Positions 26,365-36,069 are shown, numbered from the stretch's first letter. The stretch: 45,350 bases of DNA from Prevotellamassilia sp. (GCA_018383375.1 JAHAWW010000040.1:1-45350), one strand, 5' to 3'. Notes: generated by a model from the letters alone, not told the origin. Numbers and translations: made by a program.

Positions 26365-27600
26365 ATGCCCAAGATAAAACCCTTCAGAGGACTGCGCCCA
26401 CCCGTGGAACTGGTGGAAGAAGTGGAAAGTCGCCCCTACGACGTGCTCGACTCGGAAGAGGCCAGAGCCGAAGCCGGCAGCAACGAGAAATCGCTCTATC
26501 ACATCATTAAGCCCGAAATCAATTTTGAGCCGGGAACGAGCGAGTACGACCCACGCGTCTATCTCAGCGCCAAAGAGCAGTTTGAAAAATTCCAAAAAGA
26601 GGGCTGGCTCGTGCAGGATGACAAAGAGAACTACTATCTCTATGCTCAGACCATGAACGGCAAGACGCAATATGGCATCGTGGTGTGTGCACATGTAGAC
26701 GACTATATGAACGGCGTAATCAAAAAACACGAACTCACACGCCGCGACAAAGAAGACGACCGCATGAAGCACGTGGAAATCACTAATGCCAACATCGAAC
26801 CGGTCTTCTTGGCCTACAAGCACAACGACAAACTTGCCGCGCTCATCAATAAGTATGCGTCCACAAAGCCCCTTTACGATTTCATCGCTCCCATAGACGG
26901 GTTCGGCCACCAATTCTGGATTATCGACGACGAGGCCGACATCAGTCTCATCACAGACGAGTTTGCCAAAATGGATGCGCTCTACATCGCCGACGGCCAT
27001 CACCGCTCGGCTGCAGCAGCCAGAGTGGGCGCCGAAAAAGCTGCACGCGAGGGACACGGCGAGCACGACTTCTATATGGCTGTTTGCTTCCCTGCAGAAC
27101 AGCTCACCATTCTCGACTACAACCGCGTGGTCAAAGACCTAAACGGCCAAACGCCAGAAGATTTCTTAAAAGCACTCGAAGAAGATTTTGAAGTGGCCGA
27201 CAAAGGCACCGAGCTCTACCGCCCAGCCGAGATGCATGAGTTTTCGCTCTATCTCGAAGGCCGATGGTACAGCCTCAAAGCCCGTCAAGGCACCTTCAAT
27301 CCCGCAGACCCCATCGGTGTGCTCGACGTAGACATATCGTCACGACTCATCCTCGACAAACAGTTGGGCATCAAAGACTTGAGAAGCGACAAACGCATAG
27401 ACTTCGTGGGAGGACTGCGTGGACTGGGCGAACTTAAACGGCGCGTGGACAGCGGAGAGATGAAAATGGCCCTTGCGCTCTATCCCGTCAGCATGCAACA
27501 AATCATGGACATCGCCGACTCGGGCAACATTATGCCGCCCAAAGCCACATGGTTTGAACCCAAACTGAGAAGCGGACTGGTCATTCACAAACTCTCGTGA
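26365..27600 (+). CDS. DUF1015 family protein
   Basis: KPFRGLRP, PYDV, IKKHELTR, YIADGHHR and MPPKATWFEPKLRSGL motifs. Confidence 0.93.
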   Translation: MPKIKPFRGLRPPVELVEEVESRPYDVLDSEEARAEAGSNEKSLYHIIKPEINFEPGTSEYDPRVYLSAKEQFEKFQKEGWLVQDDKENYYLYAQTMNGKTQYGIVVCAHVDDYMNGVIKKHELTRRDKEDDRMKHVEITNANIEPVFLAYKHNDKLAALINKYASTKPLYDFIAPIDGFGHQFWIIDDEADISLITDEFAKMDALYIADGHHRSAAAARVGAEKAAREGHGEHDFYMAVCFPAEQLTILDYNRVVKDLNGQTPEDFLKALEEDFEVADKGTELYRPAEMHEFSLYLEGRWYSLKARQGTFNPADPIGVLDVDISSRLILDKQLGIKDLRSDKRIDFVGGLRGLGELKRRVDSGEMKMALALYPVSMQQIMDIADSGNIMPPKATWFEPKLRSGLVIHKLS

Positions 27601-27670
27601 AACCATCTCTCACGCACTATTTCGCATTTGACTTTCAACAACAAACAACAATAGTTTTACCTCAAACACT

Positions 27671-28711
27671 ATGAAAAAAAGAATTTTGGTGACCGGTGGC
27701 ACCGGTTTCATCGGTTCACACACCACAGTGGAACTTCAAAACGCCGGTTATGACGTTGTCATCATCGACAATCTCTCAAACTCAGACGCCAACGTGCTTG
27801 ACGGCATCGAAAAAATCACCGGCATCCGTCCGGCTTTCGAACAAGTGGACTGCTGCGACCTTGCAGCCCTTGAAGGTGTTTTCAAGAAATATCCCGGCAT
27901 CAGCGGTATCATCCACTTCGCAGCTTCAAAGGCTGTGGGCGAAAGCGTTGAGAAACCACTCAAATACTACGAAAACAACATTATGTCGCTCGTCAACCTG
28001 CTCAAGCTTATGCCGGAGTATGGCGTGAAAGGCATCATCTTCTCTTCAAGCTGCACCGTCTACGGCCAGCCCGATCCTGAAAATCTCCCCGTTACCGAAG
28101 AGGCTCCCATCAAGACGGCCGAAAGTCCTTACGGCAACACCAAGCAAATCAACGAAGAGATCATCCAAGACTATATCAAGAGCGGCGCCAACATCTCGGC
28201 CATCATCCTGCGCTATTTCAACCCCATCGGCGCTCACCCCACGGCAATCATCGGCGAGCTTCCCAACGGCGTCCCCGCAAACCTCATCCCCTACCTCACC
28301 CAGACGGCCATCGGCATCCGTCCCTGCCTCTCTGTCTTCGGCGACGACTACGACACGCCCGACGGCTCTTGCATCCGCGACTTCATCTATGTGGTTGACC
28401 TTGCCAAAGCCCACGTGGCAGCCATGGCGCGCATCGTTGAAGGCAAAAATGCCGACCCCGTGGAAATTTTCAACGTCGGCACCGGCAACGGCGTGAGTGT
28501 GCTTCAACTCATCAATACATTCGAGAAAGTCACCGGTGTGAAACTTAACTACAAGATTGTGGCGCGCCGTGCAGGTGACATTGAGAAAGTTTGGGGCAAC
28601 GTGGACAAAGCCAACAACGTGTTGGGCTGGAAAGCCGTTCACACCCTCGACGAGGCCCTGCTCTCTGCATGGAAATGGCAGCAGCAGTTGCGCGAAAGAG
28701 GCATTATGTAA
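27671..28711 (+). CDS. galE: UDP-glucose 4-epimerase
   Basis: GGTGFIGSH, HFAASKAVGES, YGNTK, LRYFNPIGAH and RDFIYVVDLA motifs. Confidence 0.97.
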   Translation: MKKRILVTGGTGFIGSHTTVELQNAGYDVVIIDNLSNSDANVLDGIEKITGIRPAFEQVDCCDLAALEGVFKKYPGISGIIHFAASKAVGESVEKPLKYYENNIMSLVNLLKLMPEYGVKGIIFSSSCTVYGQPDPENLPVTEEAPIKTAESPYGNTKQINEEIIQDYIKSGANISAIILRYFNPIGAHPTAIIGELPNGVPANLIPYLTQTAIGIRPCLSVFGDDYDTPDGSCIRDFIYVVDLAKAHVAAMARIVEGKNADPVEIFNVGTGNGVSVLQLINTFEKVTGVKLNYKIVARRAGDIEKVWGNVDKANNVLGWKAVHTLDEALLSAWKWQQQLRERGIM

Positions 28712-28845
28712 TGCACCCCAAAGACGCTCTGCAACAATAACACAATAGACTGAAAACCAAGAGATGGTGTGCGACAACGCTCTCTCCCACTAAGAGAAAA
28801 CGGCCGCCCACCATCTCATTTTTTGCTTGTCCGCTCACCTCAGCT

Positions 28846-30015
28846 ATGCCCATCATTCACCATTCATCTTCGGCCCTGCCCTGCCCCGCCTATATTTTTG
28901 AGGAAGACAAACTGCGTCGCAATCTCTCGCTCATCCGCTACATCATGGACGAGACGGGCGTTGAGTTTATTTTAGCCTTCAAGGCCTTTGCCCTGTGGAA
29001 GACCTTTCCGGTTTTTCGCCAATACATTGCCCACACTACAGCCTCTTCGCCCTATGAAGCCCGACTGGCCTACGAAGAGTTTGGCAGCAAAGCCCATACC
29101 TATTCGCCGGCCTACGAGAAGGATACTTTTGCAGAAATTGTGAGATGCAGCAGCCACATCACGTTTAATTCCCTCTCACAATATGAGCGTTTCCATGGTG
29201 AAGCCCTGCAAGGCGGCGTGTCGCTCGGCCTACGCATCAATCCCGAATACAGCGAGATTGAGACAGAAATCTACAATCCCTGTGCGCCTGGTTCCCGCTT
29301 CGGCATTATGGCCGGCGACCTTCCGACTACACTCCCCGATGGCATCGAAGGCTTTCACTGCCATTGCCACTGTGAGAGTTCGGCCCTGGCCTTAGTCCAC
29401 ACGCTCGAACATCTTGAAGCCAAATTTAGCTCGTGGTTTGGACAAATCAAATGGCTCAATCTCGGCGGCGGTCACCTTGTGAGTCGTGAGGGCTACGACG
29501 TAGACCTGCTGATCGCCACACTCAAAAGCCTCAAAGCCCGCTATCCACACCTTCACATCATCCTCGAACCCGGATCGGCTTTTGCTTGGCAGACGGGCAC
29601 GCTCACCAGCCGGGTCGTAGACATCGTTTCAAACAGCGGCATCAAGACGGCCATAGTCAACGTGAGTTTCACCTGCCATATGCCCGACTGCCTCGAAATG
29701 CCCTACCACCCCACCATCATCGGTGCCACTACGCTCACCGATGGTGCCGAAGCCGGAAGGGAGACCTCACCTTGTGTCTATCGCATTGGCGGCAACAGTT
29801 GTCTGAGTGGCGACTTTATGGGCTATTGGGCTTTTCCCAGGCCGCTCGCCGTGGGCGACGAAATCGTTTTCGACGATATGATACACTACACCACGGTCAA
29901 GACTAATATGTTTAACGGCATACATCATCCGGCGCTTGTTTTCCATCGCAGCGACGGCAGCTATGAGGTGTTGCGCCAATACACTTATGCCGACTATCGC
30001 GACCGGATGGATTGA
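28846..30015 (+). CDS. nspC: Carboxynorspermidine decarboxylase
   Basis: LAFKAF, GLRINP, YNPCAPGSRFG, NLGGGH, EPG, HMPDCLEMPY, SCLSGD and HYTTVKTNMFNG motifs. Confidence 0.95.
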   Translation: MPIIHHSSSALPCPAYIFEEDKLRRNLSLIRYIMDETGVEFILAFKAFALWKTFPVFRQYIAHTTASSPYEARLAYEEFGSKAHTYSPAYEKDTFAEIVRCSSHITFNSLSQYERFHGEALQGGVSLGLRINPEYSEIETEIYNPCAPGSRFGIMAGDLPTTLPDGIEGFHCHCHCESSALALVHTLEHLEAKFSSWFGQIKWLNLGGGHLVSREGYDVDLLIATLKSLKARYPHLHIILEPGSAFAWQTGTLTSRVVDIVSNSGIKTAIVNVSFTCHMPDCLEMPYHPTIIGATTLTDGAEAGRETSPCVYRIGGNSCLSGDFMGYWAFPRPLAVGDEIVFDDMIHYTTVKTNMFNGIHHPALVFHRSDGSYEVLRQYTYADYRDRMD

Positions 30016-30140
30016 CCGCCGGTGCGTTCCAGTTTTTCCATACACAGCCCAAGAGTGGTCAACGACGCGCTTCGGGCTGTGTTTTTTTGTAAGAAAACGA
30101 AAAAAAGCGGTCAAATATTTGCCATTTTACAAAAAGGGCG

Positions 30141-30148
30141 TATCTTTG
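30141..30148 (+). promoter_or_regulatory. -7 element (TATCTTTG) for the tRNA-Asp/Arg operon
   Basis: TAnnTTTG consensus with an upstream TTTG. Confidence 0.7.
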
Positions 30149-30199
30149 CACTCGCTAAACGGAAAGGCGCAAGCCTTGAAGACGTTTACACTCCCCTTT

Positions 30200-30276
30200 G
30201 GTGCGTTAGTTCAGCTGGTTAGAATACATGCCTGTCACGCATGGGGTCACGGGTTCGAGTCCCGTACGCACCGCCA
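30200..30276 (+). tRNA. tRNA-Asp(GTC)
   Basis: GGTGCGTTAGTTCAGCTGGTTAGAATACATGCCT-GTC-ACGCATG...GTTCGAGTCCCGTACGCACCG-CCA. Confidence 0.97.
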
Positions 30277-30295
30277 CTTATTTGGCCTAAGCCAC

Positions 30296-30369
30296 GGCTC
30301 ATTAGCTCAACTGAATAGAGCATCTGACTACGGATCAGAAGGTTGCAGGTTTGAATCCTGCATGAGTCA
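30296..30369 (+). tRNA. tRNA-Arg(ACG)
   Basis: GGCTCATTAGCTCAACTGAATAGAGCATCTGACT-ACG-GATCAGA...GTTTGAATCCTGCATGAGTCA. Confidence 0.96.
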
Positions 30370-30388
30370 CACCAAAGGCCTATTACTA

Positions 30389-30426
30389 GAAAGACTTCAG
30401 CCGATTGGCTGAAGTCTTTCTTTTTT
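30389..30426 (+). terminator. tRNA operon terminator
   Basis: GAAAGACTTCAGCC-GATT-GGCTGAAGTCTTTC followed by a T tract. Confidence 0.9.
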
Positions 30427-30454
30427 ATCACACGATTATCTCTCCCCCCATATT

Positions 30455-30536
30455 TTTCTTTGAGAATAATATGCAACGCTCGGCAAAGTCCAAGTAAACT
30501 TGTCTTCGCTCTCACTTGCACGAAATTTCTTTGAGA
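30455..30536 (+). repeat. REP-like palindromic repeat, single unit bracketed by TTTCTTTGAGA direct repeats
   Basis: GCTCGGCAAAGTCCAAGTAAACTTGTCTTCGCTCTCACTTGCAC; the 11-mer occurs at 30455 and 30526. Confidence 0.65.
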
Positions 30537-30567
30537 TTATCGCCTGTGCCTCATCCAAGTCAAAACC

Positions 30568-31065
30568 CTATCCTTTACGCTGACCTCGTCTGAACCCACA
30601 AAATTTTTCGGACACAAATATTCCGACAAGGGCGCCCACGACCATAAAGAGGATTATCAGCATCGTCATGATGGCATTGTAGGCCAAGACATTGAGATAG
30701 TGTTCAGACGGTGTGCCGTCTGAAAGATATTGCAGGTAGCTGATGAGTGCCTGGATTGTGCCGTATGCATACATTCCGGGTATCATCGGCAATAGTGCAG
30801 GAAATGCCAAAACCTCGTAGGGACAGCTATATCGCCGCGAAACTAACGATGATATTATGCCAATACAGATGCTTCCGGCAAATCCGGCCAGGATGATGTT
30901 GAGATGAAAAGACGCATTTATCAAGCCAAAACGGGTGGCATGACCTATGGCTGCGATAAATCCGCACCAGGGCAGTAGGCTACGCGGTGTGTTGTTGATG
31001 CTACCAAAACCTATTGCCGCCATACTGGCAAAGAGTCCGTCGGTGAATAGTGTGGTTATTTCCAT
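30568..31065 (-). CDS. Threonine/serine exporter family protein (ThrE_2/YjjB-like)
   Basis: Hydrophobic; AAIGFG and FPALLPMIPGMYAY motifs; start MEITT overlaps the upstream stop. Confidence 0.9.
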   Translation of the reverse strand: MEITTLFTDGLFASMAAIGFGSINNTPRSLLPWCGFIAAIGHATRFGLINASFHLNIILAGFAGSICIGIISSLVSRRYSCPYEVLAFPALLPMIPGMYAYGTIQALISYLQYLSDGTPSEHYLNVLAYNAIMTMLIILFMVVGALVGIFVSEKFCGFRRGQRKG

Positions 31066-31838
31066 CGTATATTTAATGTAAGCAATGCAAGACAAAGTCC
31101 TAACGAAAGGCAGATAGTGGTGATGATTGCATCTGTCATCCTGCTTTGTGACACAACATAGTGACCATTTGTCATATCACTTATCGCATTGATAAATCTT
31201 ATCCCCGGTACGAGCCACAACACTGAGGTTCCCAGGGCAATCTGTGGCGTATCGCCAAAACCAAAGATGAAACACGACGAACCGACGATGGCTGATATAT
31301 AGGCCGCCAGAATGGTTGTAAATCTTATGTCCCAATGCCTTTCGGTCATATAGTTTTTATACACATTGCCGATGCATGTGGCGACAAACACCACTCCCAT
31401 GGCACACCAGTCGCCATCAAACAGACGGCAGAAAGAGAGATTGGCCAGCGCCGTCAGCAAAACGACTATCCATTTGTTTAGCCGTGGTTTTGAGATGATG
31501 TTTTTCATCTGCTCGCAAGCTGCCTGAAGGGGGATGTCGACAAACGACAAGCGACTCAACAAAGTGACGGTCTGCAGGTTTATGCCGTTTTTGTGGGTAT
31601 GTCCCACAAGGCTGTAATTGTGTCTGTGGTTTTTATCCCATACAGTCAGTAATATGCGTGAAGGGAGTAGCGATAGGTCGGAGACAACATTATAGCGTTG
31701 GGATATGCGTTCCACACAATGCTCTATACGCGAAGTGGTGGCACCTGCCGAGAGCATAGCTGTGGCATATTCCTCTATAAATCGGCAAACAATTTTGAGT
31801 CTTGTGTGCTCATCGGCCGCTGATTGCTCAGTCTTCAT
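31056..31838 (-). CDS. Threonine/serine exporter family protein (ThrE/YjjP-like)
   Basis: AGATTSRIE, SFCRLFDGD and SVLWLVPG..FINA motifs. Start uncertain (31838-31874). Confidence 0.9.
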   Translation of the reverse strand: MKTEQSAADEHTRLKIVCRFIEEYATAMLSAGATTSRIEHCVERISQRYNVVSDLSLLPSRILLTVWDKNHRHNYSLVGHTHKNGINLQTVTLLSRLSFVDIPLQAACEQMKNIISKPRLNKWIVVLLTALANLSFCRLFDGDWCAMGVVFVATCIGNVYKNYMTERHWDIRFTTILAAYISAIVGSSCFIFGFGDTPQIALGTSVLWLVPGIRFINAISDMTNGHYVVSQSRMTDAIITTICLSLGLCLALLTLNIRWK

Positions 31839-32019
31839 AATCATCATCGTATTCATCAATTCTTGTGTCGCCATACGAAATGATGTGCAATCGCTTGTTG
31901 ATTTTCCAAACCTTCAGAATGAGTTTGATGGTCGGTTTTAGCAGCACAGCTCCCAAGACAAGTGCCCACACGAGCCATGCGTATTGGTTGGCCGTAGTTT
32001 CTTCAATGATGTATTCCAT
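31828..32019 (-). CDS. Small single-pass membrane protein, 63 aa
   Basis: One hydrophobic helix, a basic stretch and an acidic tail; TAGTTTTG at 32063-32056 upstream; stop overlaps the ThrE start. Confidence 0.65.
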   Translation of the reverse strand: MEYIIEETTANQYAWLVWALVLGAVLLKPTIKLILKVWKINKRLHIISYGDTRIDEYDDDYED

Positions 32020-32095
32020 AATGCTCTATTTGTTTAAATAATCATTTTTCGGGTGCAAAACTACGGCTACAATCAAACAGCGCGAAGGGATGTCT

Positions 32096-32123
32096 ATTGA
32101 TTGTTTCGATAATGGCTATCTAT
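32096..32123. promoter_or_regulatory. Putative LysR-type operator boxes
   Basis: ATTG-N7-CGAT and ATAA-N7-CTAT (T-N11-A) between divergent -7 elements at 32056-32063 and 32200-32207. Confidence 0.4.
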
Positions 32124-32236
32124 AGTTTTTAATAATCATAATATATAAAACTATCGATAATAATTATAGCAAACTGCAGCCTGTATGATTTATTTATTAT
32201 ACGTTTGCAGCTGTTTTTATCAACGATGCAATTAGA

Positions 32237-33142
32237 ATGGAATTAAGACAACTGAGATATTTTGTAAACGTGGCTGAGGCAAATAGCATCAGTGAGGCTT
32301 CGAGATTGCTCAACATCACGCAAAGCACGCTGTCGCAACAGGTCAAACAGTTGGAGAATGAGTTGGGCGTAATGCTCTTTGAACGTTCCTCCCATCGTGT
32401 ATGTCTGACAGACGTTGGGGAGGTGTTCCTTCCTGAAGCCAAGCGCACGCTGCATGCCGCAGATATATGTATAGACAAAATGAACGATATAAGGGGCCTA
32501 AAGGCCGGCTGTCTCAACATCGGCTCTACCTTTTCGTTCATTCCGTTACTCAAGGATACGGTGTTGCTTTTTATGAAAGAATATCCCAACATCAAGCTCA
32601 ACATTCATTGCCACGATATGGAGACTTTGCTGCGCATGGTGAGGGAACGTGAACTCGATGTGGCGTTGAGCTATAAGCCTACGAGCGTAAGTCCTGAGAT
32701 AGAGTCGCATATATTGTTTGACAATCAGTTGGCCGTTGTTGTTTCCGAGCAACACCCTCTTGCCGATGCCGAAAAGGTGAGATGTGCCGACCTCAAGCGC
32801 TTTCCCTTTGTCATGCCGGCAAAAGGGCTTCAAGCCCGCAACGCATTCGATTTATTGATTAAAGGCTCAGAAAATCAATTTAATGTGAGGCTGGAAATTA
32901 ACGAAGTAAATGTCATCATCGACCTCGTAAGGTCGTCGAAATTTCTTGTCACGGTTATCAGCCAGGCTGCCGTAAGTCATATTCCGGGCATCAAAGTCAT
33001 TACCCTCGACCATCCCCACACACAGATGGAAGGTTCGTTTCATATACTCAAAGATAGTTATACGAAGCGTAGCACAAAGGAATTTCTCAAAATGCTTTGT
33101 CAAAACAAATCCTATAACATGGCATTGCTTGACATGCTTTGA
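32237..33142 (+). CDS. LysR family transcriptional regulator
   Basis: MELRQLRYF..ITQSTLSQQVKQLENELG..LFER helix-turn-helix plus substrate-binding domain. Confidence 0.96.
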   Translation: MELRQLRYFVNVAEANSISEASRLLNITQSTLSQQVKQLENELGVMLFERSSHRVCLTDVGEVFLPEAKRTLHAADICIDKMNDIRGLKAGCLNIGSTFSFIPLLKDTVLLFMKEYPNIKLNIHCHDMETLLRMVRERELDVALSYKPTSVSPEIESHILFDNQLAVVVSEQHPLADAEKVRCADLKRFPFVMPAKGLQARNAFDLLIKGSENQFNVRLEINEVNVIIDLVRSSKFLVTVISQAAVSHIPGIKVITLDHPHTQMEGSFHILKDSYTKRSTKEFLKMLCQNKSYNMALLDML

Positions 33143-33143
33143 G

Positions 33144-33332
33144 TTGCACCACCTTTCGCCTGACGGCGCAAGGTAGGCCGCGGCTCGGGAATGGCAAATT
33201 AAAACAAGTTTTTTTGGCCTTTGCTCTCGCTTGCACTACCTTTCGCCTAACGGCGCAAGGTAGGCCGCGGCTCGGGAATGGCAAATTAAAACAAGTTTTA
33301 TTTGCCATTCCACTCGCCTTGCACTACCTTTG
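33144..33332 (+). repeat. REP-like nested palindrome, two tandem 87-88 bp units ending in TACCTTTG
   Basis: TTGCAC at 33144, 33231 and 33319; hairpins TACCTT-TCGCC-TAAC-GGCGC-AAGGTA and GGAATGGCAAAT..AAAC-AA-GTTT..ATTTGCCATTCC. Confidence 0.9.
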
Positions 33333-33385
33333 TACACCAGAAAACCACCTTTCTGAAAAACACAACCTTCACAAACTTATTTTTT

Positions 33386-35413
33386 ATGAAGAGAAAAACC
33401 TTCTCGCTGCGACACATCGTCTGCGCAGCCGTCTGTGCTATGGGCTTCACACTGAGCGCTATGGCACAAGTTAATCCCAAGCCCTTCGTCGTGCCCGAAC
33501 TCACCTCGTGGACCGGAGCCGAAGGTCAGTTCGTCCCCTCAGGCCGCGTGGTCTATACGGGTGGTAAAGACGCCGAAGCCGCTGCCCGCCTCTTTGCCAA
33601 CGACTATGCCGCTCTCACCGGCAAATCTCTCACCGTGACCAAAGGCAAGGCTGCCAAAGGCGATTTCGCCATCGTGCTCAAAAAAGACAAATCACTCGGC
33701 AAAGAAGGCTACAGCCTCAACATCGCCGACGTGACCACCATCACCGCCGCCAACACTCAGGCACTCATCTGGGGCACACGCACCGCGCTGCAACTCACCG
33801 ACCAGGCCGACAAAACCACACGCGCACTGCCCAAAGGCTCCACCAAAGACATCCCACAATATGCCCTGCGCGGCTTTATGATTGACTGCGGACGCAAATT
33901 CATTCCGATGAACTACCTGCGCAACCTCGTCAAGATGATGTCTTATTATAAGATGAATACACTCCAAGTCCACCTCAACGACAACGGATTTCGCCAATTC
34001 TTCGGCAACGACTGGGCTAAAACCCAAGCGGCCTTCCGCCTCGAGAGCGACACCTACCCCGGACTCGCCGCAAAAGACGGCCACTACACCAAGTCCGAGT
34101 TTATCGAACTGCAAAAGTTGGCCGAAACCTATGGCGTGGAAATTATCCCCGAAATCGACGCCCCGGCCCACACACTGGCTTTCACCCACTACCGACCGGA
34201 ACTGGGCTCTGAAAAATACGGCATGGACCATCTCGACATCTTCAAACCCGAGACCTACGAGTTTCTCGACGGCCTCTACAAGGAATATCTTGAAGGCAAA
34301 GAACCCGTATTCCGCGGCAAACGCGTGCACATCGGCACCGACGAGTTTTCAAACGCCACCAAAGAGTTGGTCGAACAATTCCGTCACTTTGCCAACCACT
34401 ATATCAACTATGTGGAGAAATATGGCAAACAAGCCGTGCTTTGGGGCTCACTGACTCACGCCAACGGCGACACTCCCGTCAAGTCTGAGAACGTCTTGAT
34501 GAGTTGCTGGTATAATGGTTTTGCGCAGCCCAAAGATATGAAAGAGCAAGGCTATCAGCTCATTAGCATCCCCGATGGATATGTCTATATCGTGCCGGCC
34601 GCCGGCTATTATTATGACTATCTCAACTGCCAGTGGCTCTACGACAGCTGGACGCCTGCCAACATCGGCGGTGTGCAGTTTGAAGAGCAAGACCCCAGCA
34701 TCGAGGGCGGTATGTTTGCCGTCTGGAACGACCACGCCGGCAACGGCATCTCGGTCAAAGACATCCACGACCGCGTGTTCCCGGCTCTTCAAACTCTGGC
34801 CGTGAAATGCTGGAGCGGCAAAAAGACTTCACTGCCCTACGGCGAGTTTGACACCCGTCGAAAGACCCTTGTCGAAGCTCCGGGTGTGAACGAAGCCGGA
34901 CGCCTTGAGGCTCCCGTGCAGGTGGCCGAGGTGAAGCCCGGACAGACACTCGACGTGGAAGAGGTGGGCTATGACTACACCGTCTCGTTCACCATCGACG
35001 CCAAGGCCGAAGCCAAAGGCACGGTGCTGTTCGCCTCCGAAAACGCCACTTTCTATCTCTCCGACCCGCGCACAGGCCGCCTGGGTTTTGCCCGCGACGG
35101 CTATCTCAACACCTTCAACTACAGCCTGCCGGCCGACCAAACCGTCAAAGTGACCATCCAGGGCAACAACAAAATGACCCGCCTGCTCATCAACGACAAG
35201 GTCAAAGAAGAGCTCGGCCCACAGACCATCTATGCCCTGCGCGAACAAGACCACACCAACTACCAATATGGCGTGGAAGGCGCTTGGCAGCCCGAGATGT
35301 ACAACCCGCAGGTGCGTATGTACTACCAGCGCACACTCGTGTTCCCGCTCCGCAAAGCCGGCGACTTCAAGAGCCGCGTGACCAATCTGAGCGTGAAAAA
35401 CGGCATCGACTGA
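33386..35413 (+). CDS. GH20 beta-N-acetylhexosaminidase family protein with LamG-like C-terminus
   Basis: Signal peptide; RGFMIDCGR, HLND, IPEIDAPAH and catalytic HIGTDE motifs; start reassigned to MKRKTF. Confidence 0.92.
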   Translation: MKRKTFSLRHIVCAAVCAMGFTLSAMAQVNPKPFVVPELTSWTGAEGQFVPSGRVVYTGGKDAEAAARLFANDYAALTGKSLTVTKGKAAKGDFAIVLKKDKSLGKEGYSLNIADVTTITAANTQALIWGTRTALQLTDQADKTTRALPKGSTKDIPQYALRGFMIDCGRKFIPMNYLRNLVKMMSYYKMNTLQVHLNDNGFRQFFGNDWAKTQAAFRLESDTYPGLAAKDGHYTKSEFIELQKLAETYGVEIIPEIDAPAHTLAFTHYRPELGSEKYGMDHLDIFKPETYEFLDGLYKEYLEGKEPVFRGKRVHIGTDEFSNATKELVEQFRHFANHYINYVEKYGKQAVLWGSLTHANGDTPVKSENVLMSCWYNGFAQPKDMKEQGYQLISIPDGYVYIVPAAGYYYDYLNCQWLYDSWTPANIGGVQFEEQDPSIEGGMFAVWNDHAGNGISVKDIHDRVFPALQTLAVKCWSGKKTSLPYGEFDTRRKTLVEAPGVNEAGRLEAPVQVAEVKPGQTLDVEEVGYDYTVSFTIDAKAEAKGTVLFASENATFYLSDPRTGRLGFARDGYLNTFNYSLPADQTVKVTIQGNNKMTRLLINDKVKEELGPQTIYALREQDHTNYQYGVEGAWQPEMYNPQVRMYYQRTLVFPLRKAGDFKSRVTNLSVKNGID

Positions 35414-35458
35414 AACACGACGCAACACAGACAACACCGCTTGTCGGCGGCAACCTTA

Positions 35459-35605
35459 TTGTCTTTTTCGTCGTCGCACGAAAAGCCTAAATTTGATGTA
35501 GCATATAAGAGAGAGGACCTAATTGGCCCTCTCTTTTTGTGTTTCAACGCCTTACGGGCATAAGGATTGTTTTTTCGGCGATAAGGACAGTTTTTTCGGG
35601 GCTTA
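35459..35605 (+). repeat. Promoter-terminator-TAAGGACAG cassette, copy B
   Basis: TTGTCTTTTT, TAAATTTG (35488), hairpin 35510-35534 plus T tract, GTGTTTCAACGCCTTACGGGCA, TAAGGATTG (35561) and TAAGGACAG (35582). Confidence 0.75.
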
Positions 35606-36069
35606 TTCCAAGAAAAAATTGCTCACTTTTCGAGCGAAAAAAACGTTTTACGGCCATTTCAAAAAAGGCTTATGGGCCTTCTCAGGATTAGCCGCGAACA
35701 TTCAATAACTTTTATCTTATTGATATAATGAATTTTAGAACAATACCCAAAACCTTAACTTCAAACAGGATGGCTATTTAACGGAAATCTACACTATTTC
35801 AACAAACATTCAAAAGGAGTTAACAAGGCGTCACTGACGATTGGCATTTTTGAACATTCAGCGCCGCTCCACGCTGCCACAATCTTTCCAAACTACGTCA
35901 ATCTCATCCCAAACCACGCCAAACTTCACATTGCTTGCACTAAAATCACAAAAAAACGTCATTAAACTAAAATCTTTTCTACCTTTGCAAAATAAACGTT
36001 TAAACACACGAGCCGGCCACGCCAAACCACACAACGGACGGACGACTCATCACCCTATCCTCCCTCACG

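Noticed and set aside
30296-33150. tRNA-Arg-integrated prophage or ICE
   Set aside because: No integrase and no duplicated tRNA 3' end found.
33144-33332. Possible CRISPR array
   Set aside because: Units are near-identical along their whole length, with no unique spacers and no cas genes.
33087-33474. ORFs with duplicated peptides (CTTFRLTAQGRPRLG...)
   Set aside because: Translations of the tandem REP-like DNA repeat.
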